Positions 45,396 to 45,569 of a stretch of 45,569 nt of DNA are shown piece after piece (positions within the stretch are counted from its first letter, which is position 1; each line of letters opens with the position of its first letter). Source of the DNA: a virus (taxonomy: Duplodnaviria > Caudoviricetes); the IMG/VR virus record IMGVR_UViG_3300032314_000503, positions 1 through 45,569 of that record, one strand, 5' to 3'. A program made the position numbers and the translations under genes. The notes beneath the pieces were generated by a model, which was given only the letters and a program-made list of their open reading frames with translations, had not been told where the DNA came from and did no database searches.

Positions 45396-45569
45396 ATGAA
45401 ACACGTATTTTTATTACTATGCAGCATAGTAACGCTTAACACATTTTCACAAACTTTTAAGGACCCTGTGTCTTTTAAGTCCGACTTATGGCTTGTTCAA
45501 ACTTTTGAGGAAGGCACATTCGTTGCCCCTGATACTATCTCAATAACTTGGGATATTAAAAAAGTTAAA
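45396..45569 (+). CDS. Secreted hypothetical protein, 3'-truncated by the window
   Basis: MKHVFLLLCSIVTLNTFSQ signal-peptide-like start; frame open to the end. Confidence 0.6.
   Translation, partial: MKHVFLLLCSIVTLNTFSQTFKDPVSFKSDLWLVQTFEEGTFVAPDTISITWDIKKVK

Noticed and set aside
1-45569. Stop-codon reassignment as in some large phages
   Set aside because: Conserved genes are intact in the standard code, TAG and TGA both end genes at expected positions, and no suppressor tRNA was seen.
1-45569. CRISPR array
   Set aside because: No regularly spaced identical repeats; the AGTCAGG repeats are tRNA-like ends with irregular spacing.

Overview
An AT-rich, gene-dense segment of a large (jumbo-type) tailed-phage genome in the standard genetic code. 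The host is very probably a Bacteroidota bacterium. Evidence for this: repeated TTTG-N20-TAnnTTTG promoters, a Bacteroidota-type RpoD-like sigma factor, an Hc1 histone-like protein, and a fasciclin protein with a type IX secretion C-terminal domain. Recognisable proteins include an SbcC/Rad50 ATPase (frame open to the left edge), sigma-70, an amidase-fold protein, DnaJ, DnaK, thioredoxin and glutaredoxin. There are also three DNA methyltransferases (two directly behind LAGLIDADG endonucleases, one behind a restriction-endonuclease-like gene), DHH-like, NUDIX and metallophosphoesterase enzymes, DUF932 and an FkbM methyltransferase. The RNA content is the most striking part. (i) A ~830-nt GOLLD-like structured RNA plus initiator tRNA-Met lies behind three tandem promoters and an rrn-type boxA. 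(ii) tRNA-Leu(UAA) is split by a group I intron carrying an HNH endonuclease in its P1 loop. (iii) At least four tRNA-like RNAs share an AGTCA(G/A)G acceptor stem and canonical T-arm but have the anticodon arm replaced by unrelated, often pseudoknot-capable inserts; three sit in a ~1.25-kb array of structured RNAs ending in tRNA-Glu. A second strand-specific promoter motif (TATTTATA) precedes many genes whose products share an N-terminal I/L-x-E leader. All family calls are from motif recognition by eye; no searches were run.
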